The position numbers were made by a program, and so were the translations under genes. The notes under the pieces are model-generated. The model saw nothing but the letters and a program-made list of their open reading frames with translations, was not told where the DNA came from and searched no databases. A stretch of DNA of 64,000 nucleotides from Anaeromyxobacteraceae bacterium (lineage in GTDB: Bacteria; Myxococcota; Myxococcia; Myxococcales; Anaeromyxobacteraceae): NCBI GenBank assembly GCA_047602405.1, contig JASGHJ010000001.1, positions 512,001 through 576,000 of the forward strand. The letters run 5' to 3'. Of the stretch, positions 1-10,197 are shown piece after piece (the stretch's first letter is position 1; the number at the start of each line of letters is the position of its first letter).

Positions 1-21
1 GTTGCTCCTCGGACCCTCGCG

Positions 22-2802
22 ATGAGGCCCCTGCTCGAGTCCACCTGCAAGTCCGTCCTGCGCCGCCGCGAGCTGCTCGCGACGACCGTGCTCGTCCCCT
101 TCGCCGTCTACTTCGTGATCTTCACGACCGGGCTCACCGGCGAGCAGCTGAAGTGGGTCCTGCCGATCACGGTCCTCGCGGTGGCCGCGACCCGGCTCGG
201 GAGCGCCGCCCTCACCCGCGGGGCGGTCGCGCGGGTGATCGCGATCGTGGAGCGGGGCGACGCCCGCGCGCCCCGCGAGGCGAAGGTCGCGCTCGCGAAG
301 CTGCCCTGGGCCGACGCGCTGTTCGCCGCCGGGCGCTGGCCCGCGGGCGTCCTCGTCATCCTCGTGCTCTCCTCGGCCACGGTCGGCCTCACCGGCCTGC
401 AGGCCGGGACCATCGCCGTCCTCCCGGTGATGCTCTGCCCGTACACCGGGCTCCTCGCCTACTTCATCTCCGAGAACGCCTACGCGCCGCTCATGGAGCG
501 GGCGCCGCTCGCCGAGGTCCGGCTCACGCGGGCGGAGACCGTCCGGCTCTCGGAGAACGCCCGCCGGCTCTGGATGGCCCTCGGCGTCGGCGTGCTCCCG
601 GTCACGACGCTCGCCGTGCTCTTCGCGCTCGCCGCGACGGACGCCGCGCAGTTCGACCACCTCCCCATCCACCTCGCCGTGATCGGCGCGCTCACCGCGA
701 CCGGGCTCGCCATCGTGGTCCGCGAGTCGGCGCTCGGCTCGAACCGCCGCATCGAGGCGCTGGTGGGCGGGATCGAGGCCGTCGCCCGCGGCGACTTCGC
801 CGCGCGCGAGTGGGGCTCCGGTGCGACGAGCGAGCTCGGGTTCGTCGCGCAGCACCTCGCCGACCTCTCTCGCACCGTCGAGCGCCTCCTCGAGGAGCTC
901 GGGCAGGTGAGCCGCGCCCAGGCCGCCGGCGACCTCGACGCCGCGCTCCGCGTGGACGCGTTCCAGGGCGCCTACCGCGAGCTCGCCCGCGAGGTGAACG
1001 CGATGGTGGCCGGCCACGTCGCGCTCGAGCGCCGCGCCATGGCGACCTTCACCGACGTCGCGCACGGCGACTTCGGGGCCACGCTCCCGCCGCTCCCCGG
1101 CAAGCAGCGCTTCGTGAACGAGGCGCTCGACGGCGTGCGCGCGGCGCTCCAGGGCCTCGTGGCCGAGCTGACCCGCGTGACGACCGCCCACAAGGCCGGC
1201 GACGTCGACGCCGCGCTCGACGCCGCGCGCTTCCAGGGCGGCTTCCGCGCGATCGCCGAGGGCGTGAACGGCATGGCCGAGGACCAGGCCGAGCTCACGC
1301 GGAAGCTCCTCGCCTGCATCTCGGCCTTCGGCCAGGGCGACTTCGCGGCGCCGCTCGAGCGCTTCCCGGGCAAGAAGGCCGAGGTGAACGAGACGGTCGA
1401 GTACGTCCGCGAGCGGCTCAAGGCGCTCGTCGCCGACGCGCACCGGCTCTCGAGCGCCGCCGTCGAGGGCCGCTTCGGCGAGCGCGCCGACGCCTCGCTG
1501 CACGCCGGCGACTTCCGGAAGATCGTGCAGGGCGTGAACGACACGCTGGACGCGATCCTGAAGCCGGTGAACGAGATCGCCGCGCTCCTCGACGCGCTCG
1601 CCGGGGGGAAGCTCGCGTCCCGGCTCGACGCCTCCCGCTACAGGAACGACGCCCGCGCGCTCGCCGACCGCGTGAACGCCACCGTGGGCGCGCTGCTCGC
1701 CCCGGCCGAGGAGGCGACGAGCGTGCTCGAGGCGCTCGCCCGGCACGACCTCTGCGCCCGGATGCAGGGCGAGTACCGCGGCGACCACGCCCGCATGAAG
1801 GTGGCCGTGAACTCGACCGGCACCTCGCTGCACGACGCGCTCGTGAAGATGTCGGCGGCGGCCCAGGAGGTCTCCCGCGCCGCCTCGCAGATCGCCTCGT
1901 CCTCGCAGTCGGTGGCGAGCGGCGCCACCGAGCAGGCCGCGTCCCTCCAGGAGACGTCCTTCACCGTCGACTCGGTCAAGTCGATGACCGAGCAGGCGGC
2001 CGGGAGCGCCGAGCAGGCGAACGGCGTCGCGCGCTCGGCCCGCGGCGCCGCGCAGGAGGGCGTCGCCGCCATGACCTCGCTCCAGGGCACCATGGGCGGC
2101 ATCAAGCAGAGCGCCGAGGCGACCTCCGCCATCATCCGCGATGTCTCCGAGATCGCGTTCCAGACGAACCTCCTCGCGCTCAACGCCGCCGTCGAGGCCG
2201 CCCGCGCCGGCGACGCCGGCCGCGGCTTCGCGGTCGTCGCCGAGGAGGTGCGCTCGCTCGCGATGCGCGCGAAGGAGGCCGCCCAGCGCACCGAGTCGCT
2301 CATCCGTGAGTCGGTCCGCCAGGCCGCCGACGGCGAGACCGCCGCCGTGAAGACCGCCGGCCAGCTGAAGGGCCTGCTCGACGGCGTCGACAAGGTGAGC
2401 GCCCTCGTGGACGAGATGGCCGCCCTCTCCCGCGAGCAGGCGAGCGGCATCGGGAGCGTGGCCACCGCCGTCGCCGAGATGGACAAGGTGATCCAGCAGA
2501 ACGCCGCGTCGTCCGAGCAGTCGTCGTCCGCGGCGTCCGAGCTCAACTCGCAGGCCGAGGAGCTCGCCGCGATGGTGGCCGGGTTCAAGCTGGAGCGGGG
2601 CCAGGTCGTACCCGCCTCGGGCGCCCTTCCCCCTTCCGTTCGTCCCGAGCGTCCCTCGACTCCGGGCCCGCTTCGCGGGCCCTACGCTCGGGATGAGCGG
2701 CCGGAGACGAGGGACGTCCCCGTCTCAACTCCCACCCGCTACGGCAAGCCCCACGAGTCGTTCCCGATGGAGGACGACCTCTCGACCATCCCGGACTTCT
2801 GA
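22..2802 (+). CDS. Methyl-accepting chemotaxis protein with N-terminal membrane region and multiple HAMP repeats
   Basis: Signalling hairpin [37 protein letters not shown]; repeated HAMP-like units (GDLDAAL..FQGAY, GDF..PL..FPGKK); hydrophobic N-terminus. Confidence 0.95.
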   Translation: MRPLLESTCKSVLRRRELLATTVLVPFAVYFVIFTTGLTGEQLKWVLPITVLAVAATRLGSAALTRGAVARVIAIVERGDARAPREAKVALAKLPWADALFAAGRWPAGVLVILVLSSATVGLTGLQAGTIAVLPVMLCPYTGLLAYFISENAYAPLMERAPLAEVRLTRAETVRLSENARRLWMALGVGVLPVTTLAVLFALAATDAAQFDHLPIHLAVIGALTATGLAIVVRESALGSNRRIEALVGGIEAVARGDFAAREWGSGATSELGFVAQHLADLSRTVERLLEELGQVSRAQAAGDLDAALRVDAFQGAYRELAREVNAMVAGHVALERRAMATFTDVAHGDFGATLPPLPGKQRFVNEALDGVRAALQGLVAELTRVTTAHKAGDVDAALDAARFQGGFRAIAEGVNGMAEDQAELTRKLLACISAFGQGDFAAPLERFPGKKAEVNETVEYVRERLKALVADAHRLSSAAVEGRFGERADASLHAGDFRKIVQGVNDTLDAILKPVNEIAALLDALAGGKLASRLDASRYRNDARALADRVNATVGALLAPAEEATSVLEALARHDLCARMQGEYRGDHARMKVAVNSTGTSLHDALVKMSAAAQEVSRAASQIASSSQSVASGATEQAASLQETSFTVDSVKSMTEQAAGSAEQANGVARSARGAAQEGVAAMTSLQGTMGGIKQSAEATSAIIRDVSEIAFQTNLLALNAAVEAARAGDAGRGFAVVAEEVRSLAMRAKEAAQRTESLIRESVRQAADGETAAVKTAGQLKGLLDGVDKVSALVDEMAALSREQASGIGSVATAVAEMDKVIQQNAASSEQSSSAASELNSQAEELAAMVAGFKLERGQVVPASGALPPSVRPERPSTPGPLRGPYARDERPETRDVPVSTPTRYGKPHESFPMEDDLSTIPDF
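2636..2700. repeat. REP-like palindrome inside the MCP C-terminal tail
   Basis: ccgttcgtcccgagcgt...acgctcgggatgagcgg (17-bp arms, 2 G-U-compatible mismatches) enclosing the perfect hairpin gggcccgc-ttc-gcgggccc (2664-2682). Confidence 0.6.
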
Positions 2803-2864
2803 GCGGAACCCCTTCGCGCGCGCTTGACTCCCGGGGAGCTTCGGGGCAGATCAGGAGCCGCGAC

Positions 2865-2940
2865 GCGGGAATAGCTCAGTTGGTAGAGCATCAGCTTCCC
2901 AAGCTGAGGGTCGCCGGTTCGAACCCGGTTTCCCGCTCCA
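2865..2940 (+). tRNA. tRNA-Gly (anticodon CCC)
   Basis: 76 nt GCGGGAA...TTCCCGC-T-CCA; D-loop AGTTGGTAGA; anticodon arm TCAGC-TTCCCAA-GCTGA; T-loop GGTTCGAAC. Confidence 0.97.
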
Positions 2941-2946
2941 GACTTT

Positions 2947-2980
2947 CCGAGGGGTTCCGTCACCAGGCGGGACCCCTCGG
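2947..2980 (+). terminator. Hairpin downstream of the tRNA, supplied by the element
   Basis: ccgaggggttcc...gggacccctcgg stem followed by tcgttct. Confidence 0.6.
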
Positions 2981-3120
2981 TCGTTCTGGACAACCGCGCG
3001 GACAACCTTTTCGCGGGTCTCAGCCGGGAAGCTACGCCCTGATCCCTGCTCGGTGGGTGTGTTCCGGCGGGCGGCCACGGACCGCGCTGAGCAGTGGGCG
3101 GGTCTGATAGTCTCTTCACG

Positions 3121-3677
3121 ATGGGTATCTTGGCGCGCGCAGGCTTGCTGGCTGCTGCCCTCGTGTTGGGGGCTGGCTCTCAGCCCACGACGGGGAGCGA
3201 TCCAGTCGAGACGGTCCGCGAGGTCTACCGCCTGGAAAAGGCGAGTCTGCAGGATGCAGGCCCCTCGCCTCTGTCCGAATCCGAACGGGGCAAGCTCTTC
3301 AGCCAGGTGTTCGTGACGCTCTGGGCCCAGGACGAGAAGTTCATGCGCGTACGACCGGGGACATCGGCAACGTCGTCGGGGACTACGACGTGCTCCTCAA
3401 TGCCCAGGACTACGACGAGACGACGCTCAGTGATCTGCGGCTCACGTTGACCAAGCGCAGCCCGAGCCGCGCCGAGGTCCAAGCGTCATTCCACGTGTTC
3501 GCTCACGAGCCCATTCAGGAGGTCCTCTTCGACCTCGTCGCCCAGGGCGGGCGTTGGGTGATCGACGACATCCGGTCCAAGGGCCACTCGGTCCGGAAGG
3601 CGCTCTCGCGGCCTCGCCCGTGCGTGGAGGGCCTCGACCTCCCGTGTGAGAAGGCCAAGGATCGCTCCGGCAAATGA
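3121..3677 (+). pseudogene. Frameshifted secreted protein, DUF3828/YbjP-like
   Basis: Signal peptide MGILARAGLLAAALVLG, then a frame change near 3345-3360 into ...GDYDVLLNAQDYD...LFDLVAQGGRWVIDDI; may be a sequencing error. Confidence 0.5.
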
Positions 3678-3681
3678 TCCC

Positions 3682-4785
3682 CTAGCCCACGACGTCGGCG
3701 CCCTGCGGCGCCGTGGTCGGGTTCGCCAGGGGACGACGACGGAGCGTTACCGAGGCACGAACGGCCCCCGGCATCCCGATCGACACCACGTTCCGCGCCC
3801 TCGCGAGCCGCTCCGGCAGCATGTGCTGGTAGAGCCTCGTGACGCTCTCCTCGCTGTGCCCGAGGATCTCGGCGAGGAGGCCCAGGTCGGGCACCTTCGC
3901 GAGGAAGTGTGACGCGAAGGTGTGACGCAGCGTGTGCGGCCCGCCGGTCACGCCCGCCTTCTTGCGGACCGCGTTGAACTGCCGCTTCGGCCAGAACTTC
4001 CAGCGGTCGCCGGTACGGCTGGGGAACACCCACTTCTCGGACGCTCGCGCCCCAGAGAGGAGCGGCCAGAGCCCGTTCGAGATCGGCACCTCGCGCGGCT
4101 TGCCGTTCTTCGGCTGCCACTCGTCGGACGGCCAGATCCGGAGCTCCCGGCGCTGGGCGTCCACCTGCGGCCAGGTGAGCGCCAGCGCCTCGCCCTTGCG
4201 CATTCCGGTGTTCAGGAGACAGACCACGATCGGCAGGATCTCCGGCTCGAGCTCCTGACAGGCGACGAGGAACCGGTCGATCTCGTCGAGCGACCACGCC
4301 CGGACACGCCGCGTCTCCTCGGGGAGGAGCTTCACCGCCACGTCCGCGACCGGGAGCTTCCGCTCCTTCCGCGCGAAGTTGATGACGATGCGGAGGACGC
4401 GCAGCTCGTTGTTAATGGAGACGTTGCGGAGCCCGGCCGCGCGGCGGCGCTCGATGTAGTCGTCGATGAGCCTGGAGTGGAGCTCTGTGAGCTTCCAGCG
4501 CCCGAAGTGCTCCATCAGGAACGCGAGGAGCGAGGCGCGCTTCTGCCAGGTGTTCGCCTTGACGTACTTCTCAGCGTGCGGGCGGTAGTGGGTCACGCAG
4601 AAGCTTGAGAAGGTCGGCACGGTTCGCGGATCGAGGTCCGGGTCGGCCGCCTCGAGCTTGAGCCGCTCGCGCGCCTCGAACGCCTTCGCCTCCTCCTTCG
4701 AGCCGTGGACGACCCAGTCCTTCCGCTTCCCGCGGAACTTGATGACCACCGTCCAGCGGCCCTTCCCCTTCGTATAGACCGGCAC
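3682..4785 (-). CDS. int: Tyrosine recombinase / phage-type integrase
   Basis: Catalytic motifs TGMRKGEALAL (R), PKNGK (K), HTLRHTFASH (HxxR), LGH...TRLY; lies next to the att repeat. Confidence 0.93.
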   Translation of the reverse strand: MPVYTKGKGRWTVVIKFRGKRKDWVVHGSKEEAKAFEARERLKLEAADPDLDPRTVPTFSSFCVTHYRPHAEKYVKANTWQKRASLLAFLMEHFGRWKLTELHSRLIDDYIERRRAAGLRNVSINNELRVLRIVINFARKERKLPVADVAVKLLPEETRRVRAWSLDEIDRFLVACQELEPEILPIVVCLLNTGMRKGEALALTWPQVDAQRRELRIWPSDEWQPKNGKPREVPISNGLWPLLSGARASEKWVFPSRTGDRWKFWPKRQFNAVRKKAGVTGGPHTLRHTFASHFLAKVPDLGLLAEILGHSEESVTRLYQHMLPERLARARNVVSIGMPGAVRASVTLRRRPLANPTTAPQGADVVG

Positions 4786-5113
4786 CGGCCACCTCCCTGG
4801 CCATGAGCGCGACGTGCACTTCGAGGGCAGCCCGCGCGACGCGCCAGTGCTTGCCGAGCTTCCGCGCGCCCGGGATACGCCCGAGCCGGCAGTACTCGAC
4901 CACCGTGGTCACCGGGAGCTGCAGGTGCTCCGCCACCTGCTGCGGCGTCAGGAACGTCGGGGCTCGACGGTCGCCGAGGGCGGCACCGCGCTGCTCCCTG
5001 AGCGGCCAGCTCGACGCTCGGGGCTGCGCGGGGTCCGAGCTCCCACGCGAGCTCGGAGGCGCAGAGCCCTCCCACTCAAAGGTCGCCTGCCCGATGTCCA
5101 CGCGCCTCGTCAT
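4571..5113 (-). CDS. Excisionase-like HTH (HTH_17) protein; 3' part overlaps the integrase start
   Basis: FLTPQQVAEHLQLPVTTVVEYCRLGRIPGARKLGKHWRV winged-helix pattern directly upstream of int. Confidence 0.75.
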   Translation of the reverse strand: MTRRVDIGQATFEWEGSAPPSSRGSSDPAQPRASSWPLREQRGAALGDRRAPTFLTPQQVAEHLQLPVTTVVEYCRLGRIPGARKLGKHWRVARAALEVHVALMAREVAGAGLYEGEGPLDGGHQVPREAEGLGRPRLEGGGEGVRGARAAQARGGRPGPRSANRADLLKLLRDPLPPAR

Positions 5114-5123
5114 GGCAGGTCGG

Positions 5124-5483
5124 TCAGCGCCTCGAAGGCTTCCCGCCCTCCGCGCCGGAGCGGTCGAACCCAGGCCCGCGCTCCTTGACCTGGTCGTACC
5201 GGAACGTGAGGAGCCGCATGAGGTACTCGCGGCGGCCCACGCCGAGCGCGGCGCAGTCGGCCTCGAGCTTCTCGACCATCGGGTCGGGGAGCCCGTACCA
5301 GTTGTAGAGGTCGTTCAGGATGCCGACCGCGAACTCGTTGAACGAGACGCCGCGTGCGTCGGCCTGGGAACGACACCACCCGCCGAGATCGGCCGGCATC
5401 CGGAAGGTGACCACCGTCTTCTCGGTGGTGACGACCTCCCTCATGGCGGGGATCGGGTCCTGGGGCGGCTTCTGGGCAGCCAT
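5124..5483 (-). CDS. Small ribbon-helix-helix (Arc/CopG-like) DNA-binding protein; start uncertain
   Basis: VVTFRMPADL...QADARGVSFNEF beta-helix-helix pattern; co-oriented with xis-int. Confidence 0.55.
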   Translation of the reverse strand: MAAQKPPQDPIPAMREVVTTEKTVVTFRMPADLGGWCRSQADARGVSFNEFAVGILNDLYNWYGLPDPMVEKLEADCAALGVGRREYLMRLLTFRYDQVKERGPGFDRSGAEGGKPSRR

Positions 5484-5549
5484 CGACATCACCTCGTCAG
5501 GGTAGTGGGTTCGCGCATCGAGGCGCAAGCGTTTTCGGTTCACTATTGA

Positions 5550-5567
5550 ATCCGGTTTAAACCGGAT
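5550..5567. promoter_or_regulatory. Perfect 18-bp palindrome, candidate operator upstream of the RHH-xis-int genes
   Basis: ATCCGGTTTAAACCGGAT in an AT-rich patch. Confidence 0.55.
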
Positions 5568-5725
5568 CCGACCACGACCGCGCGACCGTAGCCTGCCTTG
5601 GGCAGGCACGTCTCTGCGTTCCGGTGGTTGCAGGGATCGGGCGCCTTAGGCACAGGCACCGCAACAGCCCAGGCGCGGTGCCCCGGCGAGCCGTCAGAAT
5701 GAATTTCATAACGCGTTCATAACGA

Positions 5726-7420
5726 TCATTTCGTCGGCCCCGCGGCCAGCCGCGGACCGGGCCGGTACTGCGCGCCGCGCCGCTCGCCTTCCGCGAGGAG
5801 GTAGCCCTGACTGACGAGCCGGCCCAGCTCTCGCGTCGCGACGGGGCGTGCGACACCGATCAGGTCGCGGTAGTCCGCGTTCTTCAGCACCTCGTGCGTC
5901 GCGAAGAAGGTTCGGAGCGCCGGTAGCCGGGCCTCCAGCCAGGCCCTCGTCTCGTGGAGCTCGGGCGAGATCCGCCAGGTGGCGCTGCGACCGTGCCCCT
6001 CCGCTCTGAGGACGCCCATCGCGACCATCTCCTGGATCTCGCGGTAGGCCTGATCGCGATCGACCTGGTTGAGCTCGCGGTACTCCTCGTTCGTGAACCC
6101 TACCGGGTGGCCGAGGAGAACTCGCCGCTGGGGCGTGGAGAGCGGCAAGCGCTCGACCAGCTGCTTCCACTCCACGCTCGGGCCCTCGAATACGGGCGTG
6201 TTCCTGAGGATGACGCGGAAGGTGGAGTCCCTGACGTCGAACTCGGGATGGCGCAGAAACGACTCGCTCATCTCGGCGAACATCCTCGGGACGCCCTCAC
6301 CCTCCTCCCGCATGATCCCCGCCTCGACGAGGACCCTCGCGATGAGCGGGTTGCGGCTCGAGTGCACCGGCGTGCCCTCTCGCAGCTGGTCGAGCGTGAC
6401 CGGCGGGACGAGCTCGCCCGGGCTGACCACCTCCATGCGGTCGTCGAAGAACCAGACCTCGATTCCCCGGCCCTGGTCTCCGTAGTCGCGGTGTGCGACC
6501 GCGTTGACGATCGCCTCCTGCCACGCGAAGTCCGGGTACTCCGGCACCTCCTTGAAGAAAAGGTGGTGTAGCTTCTCCGACTTCCGGACGTGCTGCGCCG
6601 CGTTCCGGTACGCCTCGGCGATCGCAGCCGCGATCGGCAGATCGACCCTGGGCAGCTGCGTGACATTCCGTGAGCCGCCGTGCCGGCGCTCCGTGCCGTC
6701 CACACGGAAGAACCGGATGTCGAGGTGCGGGTGCCACCTCGAGAGCGGCGCCTTGCCGAAGAGCAGCAGAGCGGCATTCGTCACCGCGATCCCGCCCGCC
6801 CGCGGGAGGACCAGGCCGTACGCCTCCAGGAGCGCCGGGATCGGGAGGTCCCCGCGGATCAGGTTCGGGACGAGCGATCGCACGAGCTCCAGATCGAGAT
6901 CGTCGAGGCCTGCGTCCGTGCGCACCCGCTGCTCGAAGCCGACCCGCCGGTACGCCTGCTTGCGCTCGTTGATGACCTCCTGCGGCTCCCGGATGACGCG
7001 GTCTCCGACACGGAACGGGAAGCCGTCCCCGTCGACCATGACGGCGCTGGGCGAGGGCGCCACCTCGAAGACGATGAGCTCCTTCCCGTCCAGGGAGACC
7101 ACCTGGCCGGCGGCGACGACCGGGCCGTCCCCGGCGGCCGACCGGAGCCGCGACGCGGGGACCTCGAGGAACTTCGCGACCTCGTCGGGCGGGTAGCCGT
7201 GGCCCGAGATCGTCCCGTCATCGTCCACGCCCACGACGAGCGTGCCGCCTTCGGCGTTCGCGAAGGCTGCGACGTACTCGGCGATGAAGTCCCGGACCTT
7301 CTTGCGCTCGAGCGGCTTCCTGGCCGCGCCCGAGAGATCCCACGCGGACTTGAACTCGAGGAACTGACCTTCCTGCCTCGTGAGCAGTGCTCGCAGCTCG
7401 GGCTCGGTCAGCTGGGTCAT
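5726..7420 (-). CDS. Schlafen/AlbA_2 domain + HATPase_c_4 (RecG C-terminal-like) + tandem HTH protein
   Basis: EGQFLEFKS...VAAFANAEGGTLVVGVDDDG (AlbA_2); EAIVNAVAHRDY...DDRMEVVSPG...SRNPLIA...GEGV (HATPase_c_4); C-terminal NEEYREL and NADYRDL HTHs. Confidence 0.85.
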   Translation of the reverse strand: MTQLTEPELRALLTRQEGQFLEFKSAWDLSGAARKPLERKKVRDFIAEYVAAFANAEGGTLVVGVDDDGTISGHGYPPDEVAKFLEVPASRLRSAAGDGPVVAAGQVVSLDGKELIVFEVAPSPSAVMVDGDGFPFRVGDRVIREPQEVINERKQAYRRVGFEQRVRTDAGLDDLDLELVRSLVPNLIRGDLPIPALLEAYGLVLPRAGGIAVTNAALLLFGKAPLSRWHPHLDIRFFRVDGTERRHGGSRNVTQLPRVDLPIAAAIAEAYRNAAQHVRKSEKLHHLFFKEVPEYPDFAWQEAIVNAVAHRDYGDQGRGIEVWFFDDRMEVVSPGELVPPVTLDQLREGTPVHSSRNPLIARVLVEAGIMREEGEGVPRMFAEMSESFLRHPEFDVRDSTFRVILRNTPVFEGPSVEWKQLVERLPLSTPQRRVLLGHPVGFTNEEYRELNQVDRDQAYREIQEMVAMGVLRAEGHGRSATWRISPELHETRAWLEARLPALRTFFATHEVLKNADYRDLIGVARPVATRELGRLVSQGYLLAEGERRGAQYRPGPRLAAGPTK

Positions 7421-7549
7421 GGCTCGCCGGAGCTTACCGCCCACCCCTGGCCTTCGCACCAACCCGTTCCCGCGGTGCCTCCCCGATTCGCACTCCTTCG
7501 CGTTCCTTCGCGCATCTCGCCGACTGCTCGCTTCTCTCTTGCGCGCGCG

Positions 7550-8901
7550 TGTGCAACCGGGAGGAGGGGTGACGTTTTAGACCGGGCTGATGGGTGACAC
7601 CCGCCTCGGGTTTTCCTCGAGGAGGTCGAGGTCAGGCCGCTTCGGTTCCGGTCACCTCCTGGGGTTGGGTGCCAATCGCGGTGAAGCGCTTCGTGCGGGC
7701 GTCGAAGTGCCCCAGGTCGAGCTGCATGAACGAGACGACCCAGCGGCCATCGTCGATCTCGCGCATGCCTACCAGCTCTCCCACGAGCACGGTCGACAGG
7801 AAGAACCGTTCGCCTTTGCGAACGACGATGTCGCCGTTTCCTCGCACGCGCTGCACGCGGTCGTGCATCGGGTACTCGGGCTCAGGCAGCTTCTCCGGCA
7901 TCTCGCGCCCTGACTTCACGTAGAAGTCGGCCGGCAGCTTCTGGCCGAGCGCCTCGTGAGGCCGGTCGTGGTTGTAGACGTCGATGAACTTGTCGAAGCG
8001 CTCTTGCTGCTGCAGGAGGTTGTCGCCCGCGGGGCGGGTCGTCTCTTCCTTGAGCACGAGGTGCATCCGTTCGTGCTGCCCATTTTGTTCTGGGTGCGCG
8101 GGCGCGATCCGCTCGGGCCAGATCCCCAACCTGAGCCATCTCGCGGAGAGCCTGCTCAGGCCCCAGAGCCCTGGCGCGGCGAACGGGTTGCCGTTGTCGG
8201 TCCGGATGACGAGTGGCAGGCCGAACTCGCGAAATGCCTGGTCGAACACGGTGATCGCCGTGTCGACGTGCGTGCCCTCGAGCGCCTCACAGCGAATGAG
8301 GTAGCGGCTGAACCGGTCGGTGATCGTGAGCGGGTAGCAGTACCGACCTGTTCCCAGCTTGAACTCGCCCTTGAAGTCGGCGCACCAGATGTCGTTCGGC
8401 CGCTCCGCCTTGCGCAGCGGAGCTCCGCGCGGCATCACGCTGCGCCGGCGGCGTTTCCGGAGCATCACGCCGTTCCGCTTCAGGATGTCGCCGATCGTGC
8501 TCGCGCAGGGTACGGCGAGCTCCGGTTGTCGAAGCAGCAGATGCGCCCGGATCTTCTTCGGCCCCCAGGTCGGATGCTCCTGGCGAAACTCGACCAGGAA
8601 CTTCTCGACCTCCGCTGGCGTGCGGTGCGGGATCCTCCTCGGAGCGTGCGAGCGGTCGAACAACGCTCGCGCACCGTCCTCTTCGTAGCGCTCCCGCAGC
8701 TTGTAGGCCGTCTTCCGGCTGATGCCGAACTCGTAGCAGAGGTCGACGACCCGCTCCCCCTGCTCCCACCGCTTCACGAACTCCAGACGCTCCGACACAG
8801 GGTCACGTTCTCTCCAGGGCACGCGCACCTCCAGGCACGTACCCAGCGTGTGTCACCCATCAGCCCGGTCCAGTTCGTCACCTATCTACCCGGTTCAGAC
8901 C
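7550..8901 (-). mobile_element. IS481-family insertion sequence
   Basis: ~50-bp imperfect terminal IRs, each holding two ~25-bp-spaced copies of aCCGGG-N6-GGTGAC; left end begins TGT; no clear target duplication. Confidence 0.85.
7632..8828 (-). CDS. IS481-family DDE transposase
   Basis: HTH (CYEFGISRKTAYK), WGPKKI, WCADFKG, IRTDNGNPF, QNGQHERMH, YNHDRPHEALG. Confidence 0.93.
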   Translation of the reverse strand: MRVPWRERDPVSERLEFVKRWEQGERVVDLCYEFGISRKTAYKLRERYEEDGARALFDRSHAPRRIPHRTPAEVEKFLVEFRQEHPTWGPKKIRAHLLLRQPELAVPCASTIGDILKRNGVMLRKRRRRSVMPRGAPLRKAERPNDIWCADFKGEFKLGTGRYCYPLTITDRFSRYLIRCEALEGTHVDTAITVFDQAFREFGLPLVIRTDNGNPFAAPGLWGLSRLSARWLRLGIWPERIAPAHPEQNGQHERMHLVLKEETTRPAGDNLLQQQERFDKFIDVYNHDRPHEALGQKLPADFYVKSGREMPEKLPEPEYPMHDRVQRVRGNGDIVVRKGERFFLSTVLVGELVGMREIDDGRWVVSFMQLDLGHFDARTKRFTAIGTQPQEVTGTEAA

Positions 8902-9058
8902 TTATCCTGTCGCTCTACACGGCCTCGCTCCCCCAACTGCTCTTCCTGGTTTCTCATCGTTTCCTACCACCACATCCGTTCCTCTCCTCACCTCCTTCCT
9001 TGCTTCCTTGCCTTCCTTGTCCTTGCCCCACCCACCCTCACCACCTCTTCTTCCTCTC

Positions 9059-9123
9059 GGGTCCCAGTGTCCCGACCCCTCTCTCCAAGTCGTTGGGAGG
9101 GAGGGGTCGGGACACTGGGACCC
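9059..9123. repeat. Long inverted repeat (23-bp perfect core, ~30-bp arms)
   Basis: gggtcccagtgtcccgacccctc...gaggggtcgggacactgggaccc. Confidence 0.85.
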
Positions 9124-9199
9124 CCTTGCTCTCTCTCGAACGGCCTCTCCCGGTGGGTGGGGCAAGGACCGCGGTTTCGGGCGCTTGGATCGGCTTTGC

Positions 9200-9298
9200 C
9201 TGCCTAATGGCCTGCCGAACAGGGTGCCTACCAGGGTGCCGAACCGACTCGGCACCCCGTTCGGCAGCTCCATTCGGGCTGCCTAACGGGTGCCGAAG
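9200..9298. repeat. 12-bp-period direct and inverted repeats, consensus (g/c)TGCC(g/t)A(a/c)
   Basis: ctgcctaatggc-ctgccgaacagg-gtgcctaccagg-gtgccgaaccga, inverted cggcaccccgttcggcag, then ctgcctaacgg-gtgccgaag. Confidence 0.65.
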
Positions 9299-9423
9299 AT
9301 CGGACGTCAGTGCTGACGTCTACGCACCGTGCACTTCACGGCGGGTCGCGAGCTGGCGGACCGCCTTCTCGGCTTGCCCGGTGTTGGCGAACACCGAGAT
9401 CCGCAGGAATCTGAACTTGCCGG

Positions 9424-10197
9424 TCACGACTTCTTCTTGCGGCGCCGGGTAGCGGTCGCCTCCTTGGAGAGCTCGGCCTCGCGCCTCCGGTAGCTCTCGC
9501 CCTCGATGCTGATGATCTCGGAGTGGTGGACGAGGCGGTCGATGAGGGCGGTCGTGCAGGCGGCGTTCGGGAAGATCGTCGGCCAGTCCGCGAACGCCAG
9601 GTTCGAGGTGATGACGACGCTCTTGCGCTCGTAGCGGCGCGAGACGACCTGGAAGAGCAGGTCGGCGTTGCGGTTGTCGTAGGAGAGGTAGCCGATCTCG
9701 TCGATGACGAGCAGGCCGGTGCGCGTGCAGTAGTGGCGGAGCCGCTGGTCGAGGGCGCGGGCCGACTCCTGGGCGCCGAGGTCGAGGAGGAGCTGGGCGG
9801 CGGTCGTGAAGAGCACGGAGTGGCCGGCGAGCACGGCGGCGCTGGCGATGTTCTGGGCGATCATCGTCTTGCCGAGGCCCTGGGGCGCGACCAGGACGAC
9901 GTTGTGGGCCTTCTCGAGGAAGTCGAGCGAGACGGCGCTCTCGACCGCGTCGCGGTCGATGCGTTTCGGCCAGGCCCAGTCGAAGTCGGCCATGGGCTTG
10001 AAGGCCCCGAGCTTGCTGCGGCCCAGGCGGCGCTCCAGGCTGCGGCGGGCGCGGTCCTCGGCCTCGATCCGCGCGACGTGCTCGAAGATCTGGTGGGCAC
10101 CCCAGCGGTTCTTGGTGGCGAGGGCGACGAGGTCGTCGAGGATGTCGGCGGTGTGGCGCAGGCCGAGGGTGCGGAGCTGGTCCTTGATGTCGTTCAC
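9424..10197 (-). CDS. istB: IS21 helper AAA+ ATPase IstB
   Basis: DFDWAWP, Walker A APQGLGKT, LLVIDEIGY, ITSNLAF..W, ALIDRLVHH. Confidence 0.95.
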   Translation of the reverse strand: MNDIKDQLRTLGLRHTADILDDLVALATKNRWGAHQIFEHVARIEAEDRARRSLERRLGRSKLGAFKPMADFDWAWPKRIDRDAVESAVSLDFLEKAHNVVLVAPQGLGKTMIAQNIASAAVLAGHSVLFTTAAQLLLDLGAQESARALDQRLRHYCTRTGLLVIDEIGYLSYDNRNADLLFQVVSRRYERKSVVITSNLAFADWPTIFPNAACTTALIDRLVHHSEIISIEGESYRRREAELSKEATATRRRKKKS

